The notes under the pieces: model-generated | What the model saw: the letters and a program-made list of their open reading frames with translations, nothing else | Told to the model about the DNA's origin: nothing | Databases searched by the model: none | Position numbers and translations under genes: made by a program | Shown here: positions 19,915 to 30,179 of the stretch, in pieces | Layout of the letters: each line of letters starts with the position of its first letter | How positions within the stretch are numbered: position 1 is the stretch's first letter | Source of the DNA: Savitreella phatthalungensis | Taxonomy: Eukaryota | NCBI GenBank assembly: GCA_051599415.1 | Contig: AP039715.1 | Span: forward strand, 124,001 to 188,000 | DNA: 64,000 nt | Direction of reading: 5' to 3'

Positions 19915-21989
19915 GAAGGCCTACTGAAGAAGTCCCATATTTGTTGCTGCTTCAGCTTCGAAGCAGCAGCCTCTTGCGCTGGAGATGATACAGGTACAAG
20001 AACGGGCGGGGACGGATGCACGCGAGGCGGCGGTGGAGGCGGCGGAGGGGGTCCTGGTGTGTAAGGCGAATACTGCGAGTGATGTGGTGGCCATGTATGA
20101 TGAGGAGGATACGCGTGCATATGGTGTTCTGGTCGTGTGTACGAGGACGAGTAGTGAGTTGGTGTGCTGCGAAAAGGATCCGGATATAGCGGTGGGGGCG
20201 GCGGAGGAAGCTCTGGAACCTGTGGAACTGAGCGATGCTGGGGCAAAGGCGTGCTCGCGAGCTCGTCCGGCACCACATTCTCCTTCTTTCTGCGCTTTTC
20301 CTTCTTGGTCTGCTTCGTGTCAAACATAGCGATAAACTTGCGGTCCTCGTCGCTGAGCGCGTAAGAAATTCGCTTAGCCTTCGGCATGTGCTCCTCTAGT
20401 TGACGAAGCTCTTCCTCTGACACGTCATATTTGAGCCGTTTGCTCGTCGGCTTAGCCTGTACCATCTCCTTCGTTTCTGAGCGCTTCTCCTCCGGATTCA
20501 CGGATGTACGAGCTGAGCTTGTAGCAACGGATGCTGTGGTCCTTGATGTTGCAGTATTTTGCACAGCAATGGGCGCAGGGGCAGGTGCTGGGGCAATCGC
20601 AGGAGCAGGGGCAGGTGCTGGGGCAATCGCAGGAGCAGGAACAGCAGCACTCTGAGCTACCGGTAGGCGTGTAGGCTCTGGCTTGGTCTTTGCTGGCTTC
20701 CGCTGCTTTGCCCGCTGCTCGTCCTGCAAACGCTTCAGTAATCTCAACATTGCCTGCTTTTCGTGTTCCTCCTCGTCGAGCTCCTCTTTGCTCTTCTTAC
20801 GCTTGACACGCTTGATCACGGTGCCATCATTGCGGACCGATCGCGTGCACTCCCCACAAGCACCGTATCGCTTTTGCCTCGAAGAGAGCTTGGAGTGGTC
20901 TTCGAAACTTAGCCAATCGAAGCCGAGCTTTCTTTCTCTCCGTTTTCGACGTTTCCGTTCTAGCGGTGACTCGAGCACTTTGCGTACACATCTTTCAATC
21001 TGCCGTCCCGTGTAGCAGGCATGAAGCCGTCCTGTTTCCTGTTTGAAGTCCCGCAACTCCTGCTCGAGCGATCCGGAGTCGATCAAGTCGATCAGCTCGA
21101 CTGCTGCAAGACCCATTAAGTAGATCGAGTCTTCCGGCCACATGCACAGCCTCATGGCCTCTAGGAGCCGCTCGTGCAGAGGCTCAAACTGCTCTTTCGC
21201 ACGTTGAAATTGAGCTATCGTCGGCGTTTTGAAGCGTCCTAGGCCATCAGAGATGCTGTCCCAATCAAGCATGCGTACGCGTCTGGCGATGTAGATGATG
21301 AGGAGATCGTGCGAAGTATAAACGTCATTCTTTGGCCGATTGAAGTACGTCGCAGCTGATTGTGCTGCCGTCTGAATGTAGGTTGGCAATTCTGGTTCTG
21401 GCGAAGGCTCCTTTATCGCTGGAGGTCGGTCAGTCGATGGAGAATCTGCGGGCGCAGGTTGCTCTGCTTGTGGCGCCGCTTCCACGGGCACGACGGGAGG
21501 TGCGGCTGGTGATACCTCGAGTGGTGGAGTGGGCTCACGCTCGACTGGCAACGGACCAGTTGCACTGAAGACGCCGTCGTGCTTTCGTTTCCGACCTGAT
21601 GGTAAATCTTCCATCTTGTCCTCCGGCCGTCTCGACAACCTAGCAAATTCTTGTTTGAGTGCCCACTGGATTAGGTTCTCCTCTGATTGCGAGTCGAATC
21701 CATCCATCATATATCCACGTATCATCTCCTTTGCGATGCACCAGACCGGGTGCATCTGCTGCAATATTTCGGCCTTTCCGCGGGATGCAACCTGTCTCAT
21801 GACGCGTAGCTGTGTATCTGTGATACCGTCGAATGACCTCAGCCTGTCCGCACAGGTTCGCAACCTTGCATTGAGCGTGTTGACTGTGATATCGAAATAG
21901 GTGGCGACGACAGGTCTTTGAATGACTGTATATCGACACGCGACATCGATAGCCAGATAATCGACGATAGAGACGGACTGGCCTGGCAT
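19911..21989 (-). CDS. 692-aa uncharacterised protein with TFIIB/cyclin-repeat-like N-terminus, Pro-rich linkers and C-terminal PIP box; may have additional 5' exons
   Basis: Long ORF; GQSVSIVDYLAIDVACR...VVATYFDITVNTLNARLR resembles a TFIIB repeat; ends QQQIWDFFSRPS. Confidence 0.7.
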   Translation of the reverse strand: MPGQSVSIVDYLAIDVACRYTVIQRPVVATYFDITVNTLNARLRTCADRLRSFDGITDTQLRVMRQVASRGKAEILQQMHPVWCIAKEMIRGYMMDGFDSQSEENLIQWALKQEFARLSRRPEDKMEDLPSGRKRKHDGVFSATGPLPVEREPTPPLEVSPAAPPVVPVEAAPQAEQPAPADSPSTDRPPAIKEPSPEPELPTYIQTAAQSAATYFNRPKNDVYTSHDLLIIYIARRVRMLDWDSISDGLGRFKTPTIAQFQRAKEQFEPLHERLLEAMRLCMWPEDSIYLMGLAAVELIDLIDSGSLEQELRDFKQETGRLHACYTGRQIERCVRKVLESPLERKRRKRRERKLGFDWLSFEDHSKLSSRQKRYGACGECTRSVRNDGTVIKRVKRKKSKEELDEEEHEKQAMLRLLKRLQDEQRAKQRKPAKTKPEPTRLPVAQSAAVPAPAIAPAPAPAPAIAPAPAPAPIAVQNTATSRTTASVATSSARTSVNPEEKRSETKEMVQAKPTSKRLKYDVSEEELRQLEEHMPKAKRISYALSDEDRKFIAMFDTKQTKKEKRRKKENVVPDELASTPLPQHRSVPQVPELPPPPPPLYPDPFRSTPTHYSSSYTRPEHHMHAYPPHHTWPPHHSQYSPYTPGPPPPPPPPPRVHPSPPVLVPVSSPAQEAAASKLKQQQIWDFFSRPS
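20575..20639. repeat. Perfect 30-bp tandem duplication inside CDS (PAPAIAPAPA)
   Basis: GCAGGGGCAGGTGCTGGGGCAATCGCAGGA twice plus 5 nt. Confidence 0.95.
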
Positions 21990-24532
21990 CTGCAGTGTCG
22001 CCTTGTCGTGCTTCAGCTAGTGCGTCTCAAATCCTCAAAAGCATCCAGCCTCAGCTTGCTAGATTTGCGATGATGTCGCTGTCCCGCCGGTCGAGCCCTT
22101 CACTAAAACGCTGAACAGTTCCGAAGCAATTCCTCTGATGTGCCGTGCGTTAGTATCGTATTGAGCTGCCGTGCGACTTGGGTGTAATGTGATGCGATTG
22201 AATGAGACGCGCAGTGCTTTCGGCGTTGGTGATGGGATTGTGTGCCGATGCTGCATCTACGACACGTAGTGAGATATCTCCAGCTCGATGGCGGTGAGAC
22301 TGATTGAGCGAGTGTTTGCATGTATGCGAGTGAATGCGCGCGAGAGAGAGCAGGTGAATGCTCCAGTTTTAGCCGCGGAGGTATGAGGAACGCGATCTGA
22401 CCTGCTCTGAATATCAAACAACGGGAAATGCGAAAAAGAGAAAAAAGGACGATCGGACTTGTGACGGATTCCTGTTTGGATTTGTGGATCATGCGTGGCG
22501 TCCGAATCTGAAGAAAGCCAGAGTATTCTCACTCCTTCTCCAGATACAAATTTTGAATTTGCTGTATAAAATCAAAGAGTTTACAAAATTCTCGCAAGCA
22601 ATTCGAGCGGACAATCTATTTGACGAACCTTTCCACAGATTCCTTTCGTAGACTCTTATTGCACAATCGACAATAGAAAGACACACGTCTATCAATTGTC
22701 GGTGCCACTGATTGATAACTTCAAGTCGGCTTCAGAGCACCAGGCATCTTTGAAGATCGCTCGCAAAGTTAAGCGACATGTGGCCCCGTGGAAGGTGTGT
22801 ATAACATCATCATGCTTGACAGACGGAAGCCAATTGAGATTGCAGCGAATATATTTTTTCAGTTCGCATGTTAAATCTCGCTTCCTGTATTCGGCGGGAC
22901 AATAAGGCCCCCAGTGGGGTGCTGCATCTTGAAATTCAAAATGGTCCACCAGCCCGAGTAAAATGCAACGTGTAGCGTATATACCACCAAAAGTGAAGCA
23001 GTCTGAACAGCGTACACATATAACATCTGTGGGTCATACACATCAGATCACGCTATCCGAATGACGCGCTTAGACGCGATTGAGCGTGTCTCTCGAAGAA
23101 GCTCATCCACTTCAGGTCGTACGAGCCTGGAGGTTGCGCAGCGCGTTTGACGGGAACGAGAATTTATCAATGCCCGGTCAGGAAAAGAGATTCTGTACTC
23201 GCATGGTCCTTCGGGCCACTGGAACTTGTGATGTGCCAGGAAGATGCTCCAGAGACCGCTCTTGCGTCCTTGCTGCTGATTGCGAAGCATGTTCGCTAGC
23301 CAGTGATTCCATGTGGCTACAATCAATAATCAATGTAGGCCATGCGGGTTCCAGAAAGCATCTTTTGAATATGATCAGACAAGGTGGCCACGACAGATCT
23401 GCAAGATCCCCTGTGTCTAGCTACCTCGGCGATTGTCCTTTCCCGAGCTATCGCCCAGTCTTTCTCTATGACCGGCAAATTCAAAGTGTATCCTCGGCAT
23501 CGCGTGTATAATTTGATGCAGAAACAGTCTTGGTGGAATTTCGCCCATGTGAAAAGCCCCGCAAGCCGCCGAGTTCAGACTTTCAGGGTTCAACCGGACA
23601 GCAGCCGATCGATCTGGAATTGATGAAGAACTACGGATTGATGGATATGCCCGGTACCTTATGTGGCCCACGATGCATTCTAGTCTAGTTGAGATTCCGC
23701 TCAGGACGACCGTGTGTCAATGGATTCTCCGACTTCCTGGTCACTAATACCAGGACAAAGAGCAAGCAACGTGATTCGTCCCTCCTGCCACTGACTGCCG
23801 TGACAGCAGACTGAATCATCATCTATTAAGAGCACGCGGGTGAGCTGGATTCAAACTAAGCTGAGGTTCAAATTGGTCTCGATCTTGGTTGTATCGAGCT
23901 CGGCATCTACAAATCCTTGGAGCGCCAAGTTCAAAATCAATTTTTCATTTCTCCGGTCCAGATCAATTCTCCATGTACAGATAGTATAATGCTGCCACAG
24001 GTGCTACTCCCGCTGCTGCTACTGCTGCTGCTGCTTTGAGGTACTGTACATGAAAACCTACAGCTGATAGGTCTCTGCCCGTGACCAGATTAATTCCTGC
24101 ATACATACGTACGTGCGCATATATGCAGGTCTCGGTGAGATAGAGCTGTGTGTGTGTTTTATTGGTACAGTATCAAGTGATCGAGTTGCACTAGTTTGCA
24201 CGGCACACACAAGACCAGTGCAGTAGAGTTCAGTAGAGTCCAGTAAAGATAGCTCTACCTATAGTCCTGGATACAGATCACTCTGATTCTGGCAAGACTA
24301 CACGTATAGTGTCATCTCTCTCGCTGCGCACAATCTACGGAGCTCTATCACGGCTGTTGATTCTCCCTGCCAGGCTTCTCCGTCCGTCGACGCGTAGCAG
24401 CGCAGATTTCAGCTGTATCTTGCCCACAAAATACGTGAACCGTATATCCTGAGAACATCTGACGCGACGTCGACCTTGCTGCTTGAGGTCTAGCGCCCGC
24501 TCGACCGAGACATCTCGATCGCCCCGCCAGTC

Positions 24533-24775
24533 ATGCTCCCCTTGTCTGGCAATCTCACGACATGGGTGACAACAGAGCTCTGGCTGACAAGGACATGCTT
24601 ATTCCTCTCCTTTGCCATCATGGCCCCGACCATTATTCTCATCATTCTAGACTGCCTGTTATGGGTCTTCCGCGCAGGTGAGAGACGCGGTCGGAATGTC
24701 GTGCGCGCCTCTCAGCAATCTTTTACGAAACGACTTTCCAATGCCTCACCCGCGACTGTGCCGAAGCAGTCTTGA
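24533..24775 (+). CDS. 80-aa small membrane protein
   Basis: ATG start, long hydrophobic segment ELWLTRTCLFLSFAIMAPTIILIILDCLLWVFR followed by basic tail. Confidence 0.6.
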   Translation: MLPLSGNLTTWVTTELWLTRTCLFLSFAIMAPTIILIILDCLLWVFRAGERRGRNVVRASQQSFTKRLSNASPATVPKQS

Positions 24776-24872
24776 AAACTTACGCCGGCCAACGACCTAG
24801 ACAAAATCATTAGACAAATTGCGACATTCTGTTAGTACGTATTTTACAATCACGACATATGATATTCTTTGG

Positions 24873-27248
24873 ATGACGACAACGTCGATGAGCGCAATAT
24901 TAGACTATGCCGTTCCCTCGATCCTGCTCTTGTGGTGGGTATTTGCACCGGCGGGAAGTCAGGCTGTCGTCCGCGGCGCTCACATCACGATCTTCCTCAT
25001 CCTCGCCGCATTACTTCTCACAATCACTGGAGAGGCAGCATCTATCATCGTTCATGCATTGACAAAGCCTGGCTGGTACGCCCCTCAGCACCGCATCGTC
25101 TATTTGCTTGGCAGTTTCTGTGTCTGGTCGGGTGTCCTTGCAAGTCTTGTTGGCTCACCTCGCCAGCTGTGGAGTATTCAGACAGTCGGAGGATTCGCAT
25201 CGGGATTCCTGTTCGAGGGCGTCAGGCTCGTGCTGACGGCGAAATGGTCTTCGCGGTGGCAAGCGATTGCGCTAGGCCTCGTCTCCGCGAGGACGACTCT
25301 CCTTGCCGCTGCATTCGTCATTGCTCTCGCCGCCCCGCGCAATCCTTCAGAAACGCAGCCGCTCCTGCATGAACCAGAGGCACCCGCCGCACGGCCCGTC
25401 AATCACGCGACACCGTACCAGAAGGATGCCATGCCGCCGAAGTCTACGGGCGGCGCAATTACTTACCTTCGAAAGTTCTTCGTCTTCTTCCCACATCTCT
25501 GGCCGAAGGATGATCGCAAGCTCCAGCTCGTTGTTATGTTCTGCTTTGTGCTTCTGCTCGCGGCACGCGTCATAAACGTCCTTGTTCCCCGCCAGCTTGG
25601 CATTGTGACTGACGGCCTCGCTCATTCGGAGTCGAACGTATGGTGGTCGGTGCTTATCTACGTCTCCCTGCGCTTTCTGCAGTCCAATATGGGTGTCCTT
25701 GGCGCCCTCCGAACTCAGCTATGGATTCCCGTTGGTCAATACACCTACAGGTCATTGGCGACCTCATCTTTCGAGCACGTGCATTCTCTGTCCCTCGACT
25801 TCCACATCGGCAAGAAGACGGGCGAAGTCCTGTCCGCGCTCGATAAGGGTTCGGCTATCAACTCCTTCCTCGAGCAACTCGTCTTCAACGTCCTTCCAGT
25901 CATCGTCGACCTTTTCGTGGCTGTCGTATACTTTCTCGTCGAGTTCGATGCGCTGTTTGCTATGATAGTCGGCGCCATGACGGTCGCCTACCTCTTTGCG
26001 ACAGTCAAGATTACCGAATGGCGTACAAACATCCGCAGAGACATGGTCAACAAGTCGCGCGATGAGTATGGCGTCAAGGCTGACTCCATCACCAACTATG
26101 AAACCGTCAAGTATTTCAATGCGGAGCGTTGGGAATTTGCCCGCTACCGCAAGGCCGTCGAAACCTTCCAGGCGGCAGAGTGGAAGGTCCTTTCATCCCT
26201 CAACCTCATGAACGTTACGCAAAATTTGATATTCACGCTCGGTCTCTTGGCAGTCTGTCTCCTGTCTGCCTATCGAGTGAGCTTCGGACAAAGCACGGTG
26301 GGTGGCTTCGTTGCCATTCTTACATACATGGCTCAGCTTCAAGGGCCATTGAACTTCTTCGGTACCTTGTATCGCTCATTGCAGAGCAATCTCGTGAACG
26401 CTGAACGCATGCTGGAGCTTTTCACACAAGGCGCTACCGTGAAAGACGCCGATGACGCCCGTGAACTCGTTTTGTCTGCTGGCCAGGTCCGATTTGACGA
26501 TGTCACATTCTCCTACGACGGCCGGCGACCCGCCCTACAGAACCTCTCCTTCGTTGCTCGTCCCGGTCAGACTGTTGCTCTGGTCGGAGAGTCTGGCGCG
26601 GGCAAGACGACCATTCTCCGCTCGCTGTTCCGTTTCTACGATGTCACATCCGGCAGTATCACGATCGATTCTCAAGACATCCGCAGTGTCACCATGGACT
26701 CTTTGCGGCGCACGGTCGGCGTCGTTCCACAGGACACAGTCCTGTTTAATGACACCATTCTCTTCAACATTCGATATGCGAAGCCGGACGCCACGATCGA
26801 AGAAGTCCATGAGGCCGCTCGGCAGGCGCAGATTCACGACAAGATCGTTTCTTGGCCGGACGGCTATGAGTCGAAGGTGGGCGAACGCGGTTTGCGCCTT
26901 TCCGGTGGAGAGAAACAGCGCATTGCGATTGCTCGAACAATCCTGAAGAATCCGTCTGTGATCCTCCTCGATGAGGCCACATCAGCCCTCGACACGACCA
27001 CGGAGCGGCATATCCAGCGGGCACTCGATACACTGTCTCAAGGCAGGACGACGATCGTGATTGCACATCGTCTGTCGACTGTCATTCACGCCGACCAGAT
27101 CCTCGTCCTGGCTGGAGGCAAAGTCGTCGAGTCTGGAACGCACCAGGATCTGCTGGAAGTAAAAGACGGGGTGTATCATGGCATGTGGCAGAAGCAGATC
27201 ACACGTGATCTAGACGCTGCGAAGGAAGTTCCGAAGGCGACAGAATAG
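24873..27248 (+). CDS. HMT1: Half-size ABC transporter, heavy-metal tolerance protein (ABCB6/Hmt1 type)
   Basis: N-terminal TMD0, HVHSLSLDFH..KKTGEV, NYETVKYFNAE, Walker A GESGAGKT, LSGGEKQR, ILLDEATSALD; first ATG 24873. Confidence 0.9.
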   Translation: MTTTSMSAILDYAVPSILLLWWVFAPAGSQAVVRGAHITIFLILAALLLTITGEAASIIVHALTKPGWYAPQHRIVYLLGSFCVWSGVLASLVGSPRQLWSIQTVGGFASGFLFEGVRLVLTAKWSSRWQAIALGLVSARTTLLAAAFVIALAAPRNPSETQPLLHEPEAPAARPVNHATPYQKDAMPPKSTGGAITYLRKFFVFFPHLWPKDDRKLQLVVMFCFVLLLAARVINVLVPRQLGIVTDGLAHSESNVWWSVLIYVSLRFLQSNMGVLGALRTQLWIPVGQYTYRSLATSSFEHVHSLSLDFHIGKKTGEVLSALDKGSAINSFLEQLVFNVLPVIVDLFVAVVYFLVEFDALFAMIVGAMTVAYLFATVKITEWRTNIRRDMVNKSRDEYGVKADSITNYETVKYFNAERWEFARYRKAVETFQAAEWKVLSSLNLMNVTQNLIFTLGLLAVCLLSAYRVSFGQSTVGGFVAILTYMAQLQGPLNFFGTLYRSLQSNLVNAERMLELFTQGATVKDADDARELVLSAGQVRFDDVTFSYDGRRPALQNLSFVARPGQTVALVGESGAGKTTILRSLFRFYDVTSGSITIDSQDIRSVTMDSLRRTVGVVPQDTVLFNDTILFNIRYAKPDATIEEVHEAARQAQIHDKIVSWPDGYESKVGERGLRLSGGEKQRIAIARTILKNPSVILLDEATSALDTTTERHIQRALDTLSQGRTTIVIAHRLSTVIHADQILVLAGGKVVESGTHQDLLEVKDGVYHGMWQKQITRDLDAAKEVPKATE

Positions 27249-27263
27249 ACTCGCTCGCTGTCC

Positions 27264-27752
27264 GCACCGATGCGTCACACAATCCCGGAAGGACATGAGA
27301 ATACATTGTAGTGAATCACTCATCTAAATTGCATGGTCATGCATTAGAAGGCTCCTCTTCGCAGACGATTTAGACTCACGGTCTGTCTCCGGACCGATGT
27401 AAACGGGCAATTGACAATCGCAAGATTGTAACAACGGCGTGAATCCAGCGGCTGACTCACTCCGATGCGGTGCAAGGCTTTCACCAAACCTACGGCCTCC
27501 GCCGGCATCTGCCTCCGGAGCGGGAGAGAATCCCAAAAGAATTGCTTTTCGTTAGGGTGGGCATAAGCCTGACATGCACGAGCTTGCAATGCACCTGACC
27601 CCCGAAATAGCTTTCCGCCTACCGAGGGGGGTTATGCCCGTGCGAAACGGTCCTTCGTCCAGCAGCAGGAGCAAGCATTGGCAAAACAGGCATTCTCTGA
27701 AAATGTCACACTGTCAATCGCATATGCCACGCAGTGAACGTCAATCCGGTGC
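27264..27752 (-). ncRNA. Candidate structured ncRNA with telomerase-RNA-like core (template ACCCUAAC)
   Basis: At least 10 nested or crossing helices; G-U wobbles mostly favour minus strand; 8-nt match to the TTAGGG C-strand at 27551-27558 directly 3' of an 8-bp helix. Confidence 0.45.
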
Positions 27753-28411
27753 CAGTTGATGGCTGTATTTTGTCAAATCAAGTATCTCGCTGGGACGATT
27801 CCGAGATGTCACGAATTTTCGATCAATTGATCAAGTCAAGGGGGTGAGACTTTGAACACGCTGCTGAAGGTAATTGGTGACGCGTTGTATCAACAGGCGA
27901 TGCGCTCGAGACTGTGCTGGCGTATTTGAGTGCATGTGCTACAATCAAGAGCACCGGACATGACTGTACTTGGTATTATTGCATCTTGGAAAAATTTGAA
28001 TATGAAGATGGAATTGCTGCATCTTTCAACAATCCAACCTAGAATTAGGAAATTTCCACCTTCGATCGTGCTCAGGTGTACAAAATATTATTTTCCATTG
28101 GACTGGACAATTCCTGGCTGGAAAACATCATTGCCACTAACTATTGTTACCCCATACACGGAAACCTTCTATCGTGTCGAAAACTTCCTAACGGGGATCT
28201 CGAAATGCAAATCCAGATGATTACGGAGATCTGCTTCAAATTACATCAGATCAATCAAAGTGGGATTGCTTTACAGGTGGTATGGATTGGTTTAAGCAGG
28301 CAGGCAGGCAGGGGGGCAAGCATATGTATATACAGGCAATTGTTGACCTTCACGCAATCGGTCATTTCACTAAAACATGTGCAAAAGTTGCTGTAAATAG
28401 ATTCATGCACG

Positions 28412-28446
28412 ATCAATCTAGCCATGGTGCATCAATCTAGCCATGG
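28412..28446. repeat. 16-bp direct repeat in promoter of the 28621 gene
   Basis: ATCAATCTAGCCATGG at 28412-28427 and 28431-28446; partial third copy near 28501; TATATAA at 28562. Confidence 0.85.
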
Positions 28447-28620
28447 ACTTACGGATAATTAGGACAGTTCACGCTGCGGTACACCACATGCAATGACGCG
28501 CTAAGCCATGGCCGCAGCGAGACCCAGCGTGTCTGAAACTGATGGTCATCACCATCAATCGTATATAACCTCAAGAGTCAAGAGTGACGAAGATAGTCAC
28601 TCGACTTTGAACCATACAAT

Positions 28621-29460
28621 ATGACCACTGCAACGACACCTCATTACAACGCAGATAGTCAGTCCCAGGCAGCAGAAGTACAATCTCTACCACCCAGATA
28701 CTCCGATCTCGGCATCGAAGGATCCTCGAGCATCGACGACGCAGACGGATTCAAGGCAACCAGCCAATTCTACATCCATGCGAATGGCTACACCCTCGGT
28801 CAGGCGCTGTATGGCAAGACCCTTGAAAATACCTACATTTACAGAGTCGACACAAGCGAGCTAGCTTATACATCCGTCCGAACGAAGCGCAAATCGAATT
28901 CGTGCGCCCTGGTACGTGGAAGCGATGGGCCGCCTCTGATCGCAACAATCTACCGGCGGGGCCCGTTCCGACATGCGAGAATGCGTATCTACGCGCCAGG
29001 AGCTGTTAAGACTGTCGACGACGCCATCAACTCAGACTGGGAGGACGAGGATGGTGACCTGGTCAAGGTCGAGTCCAAATCCATCTTCACGCACACGCAG
29101 AAGTTCGACACACCTTATGGCACGTTCGAATGGCGCGACGGCTCGAAGCGGGAGAGGAAAGATGCAGCGGCTGATGCAACGACGTTGATGATCATGGAAA
29201 GGCACGATCTTGGAAACGAGGCAGTACCTGTTGCTAGGTTTGTCCGCACTCCGGAATTCCGCACTCCTGGCACGAAGAAGGACGTGATCGGGGAGAGAGG
29301 CGCAGGTGGCAGACTCATGCTAGATCTGACCTCTTGGCGGGACCAGAAAGTCGAGATTGACGATGTCGAAGCATTCATCGTTGCAAGCTGCATCTGCATG
29401 ATCAAGAGAGAGACTGATCGCTACATTGAACAATCCCAGGCTGTCGTGATGGGAGTCTGA
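28621..29460 (+). CDS. 279-aa uncharacterised fungal protein (beta-rich domain ending in a hydrophobic helix, tubby/LURP-like layout)
   Basis: ATG downstream of a TATA box; GTFEWR and FIVASCICMIKRE segments. Confidence 0.75.
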   Translation: MTTATTPHYNADSQSQAAEVQSLPPRYSDLGIEGSSSIDDADGFKATSQFYIHANGYTLGQALYGKTLENTYIYRVDTSELAYTSVRTKRKSNSCALVRGSDGPPLIATIYRRGPFRHARMRIYAPGAVKTVDDAINSDWEDEDGDLVKVESKSIFTHTQKFDTPYGTFEWRDGSKRERKDAAADATTLMIMERHDLGNEAVPVARFVRTPEFRTPGTKKDVIGERGAGGRLMLDLTSWRDQKVEIDDVEAFIVASCICMIKRETDRYIEQSQAVVMGV

Positions 29461-29676
29461 ACGGTAGACTGAAGCAAACTCTCATTAGAACTGGGGAAAC
29501 GGTGCTGCAAGTGCATTTGCTTCCTCAGATGACTGAATCGCACAAATATGATTGTCTATAGTGTTGACACGTCGACCTGTTTCCGTAATCAAGAAGAGGC
29601 GAAAGACAATTGTCAGCATCCTGGCCTGCCCTCGCATCTTTGATTCATATTGTCTTGTATCGCCTTTCGTGCTCAA

Positions 29677-29790
29677 GGCGAAGTGCCGCAGCGGTTCACC
29701 GGGAAGCATTAGAATGTTCAAATTCGAGAAATCGAATCCTGACATATGCTTTGGACTTTGTCCTCGTGTGTTCGAATCACACCTTCGTCG
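29677..29790 (+). tRNA. tRNA-Ser(AGA) with 31-nt intron (29715-29745)
   Basis: Acceptor GGCGAAG/CTTCGTC, D-arm CCG/CGG, anticodon stem AAGCA/TGCTT with AGA at 29711-29713, long variable arm GGAC/GTCC, T-arm GTGTG-TTCGAAT-CACAC, discriminator G, downstream T-runs. Confidence 0.93.
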
Positions 29791-30179
29791 TCATTACTTT
29801 TCTTTTATTTTTCCACATTCCTACCTTTATTTTTGATCCCCAGCAGTCGTAAGATGTGACTGGAGCACATATCTGAGCGCGCACATGAAGGTTGACCTGG
29901 CTTTTGCCACGGCACGCGGCAGTGGTATCGCAGGCAAGTAGTCAGTCAGAAGGCCACCGGATCAAGTGCCGGTATGTGTCCTTCGAGTTGCCCCCGGCAT
30001 TGACAATGATCGACAAGGTGAAGCAGAGATATTCATACATATGAGCGCGATATCTGTGTTACAGCATGCATAAGTCTGCCTTTCCGTCCTGGTTTCTACC
30101 GTAATTATTCCATTGTGAGCCTCTGTTGGCATGTTGTACAGTCGCAAGACGCGAAGATCCCGATGGGGAGAATCTCCAG

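Noticed and set aside
22489..23030. Cys-containing short ORFs suggesting a decayed effector gene
   Set aside because: Require several frameshifts, no consistent signal peptide or splice signals
27351..27672. RNase P/MRP, SRP, U3 or snR30 identity for the 27-kb structured element
   Set aside because: P1-P2-P3-like order is present but no CR-I/CR-V pair, SRP helix-8 motif or snoRNA boxes could be matched
27900..28400. AT-rich short ORFs
   Set aside because: Non-ATG starts, no motifs; likely promoter sequence
29485..29852. Short ORFs including MSGFDFSN...
   Set aside because: They overlap the tRNA-Ser gene, which explains the sequence
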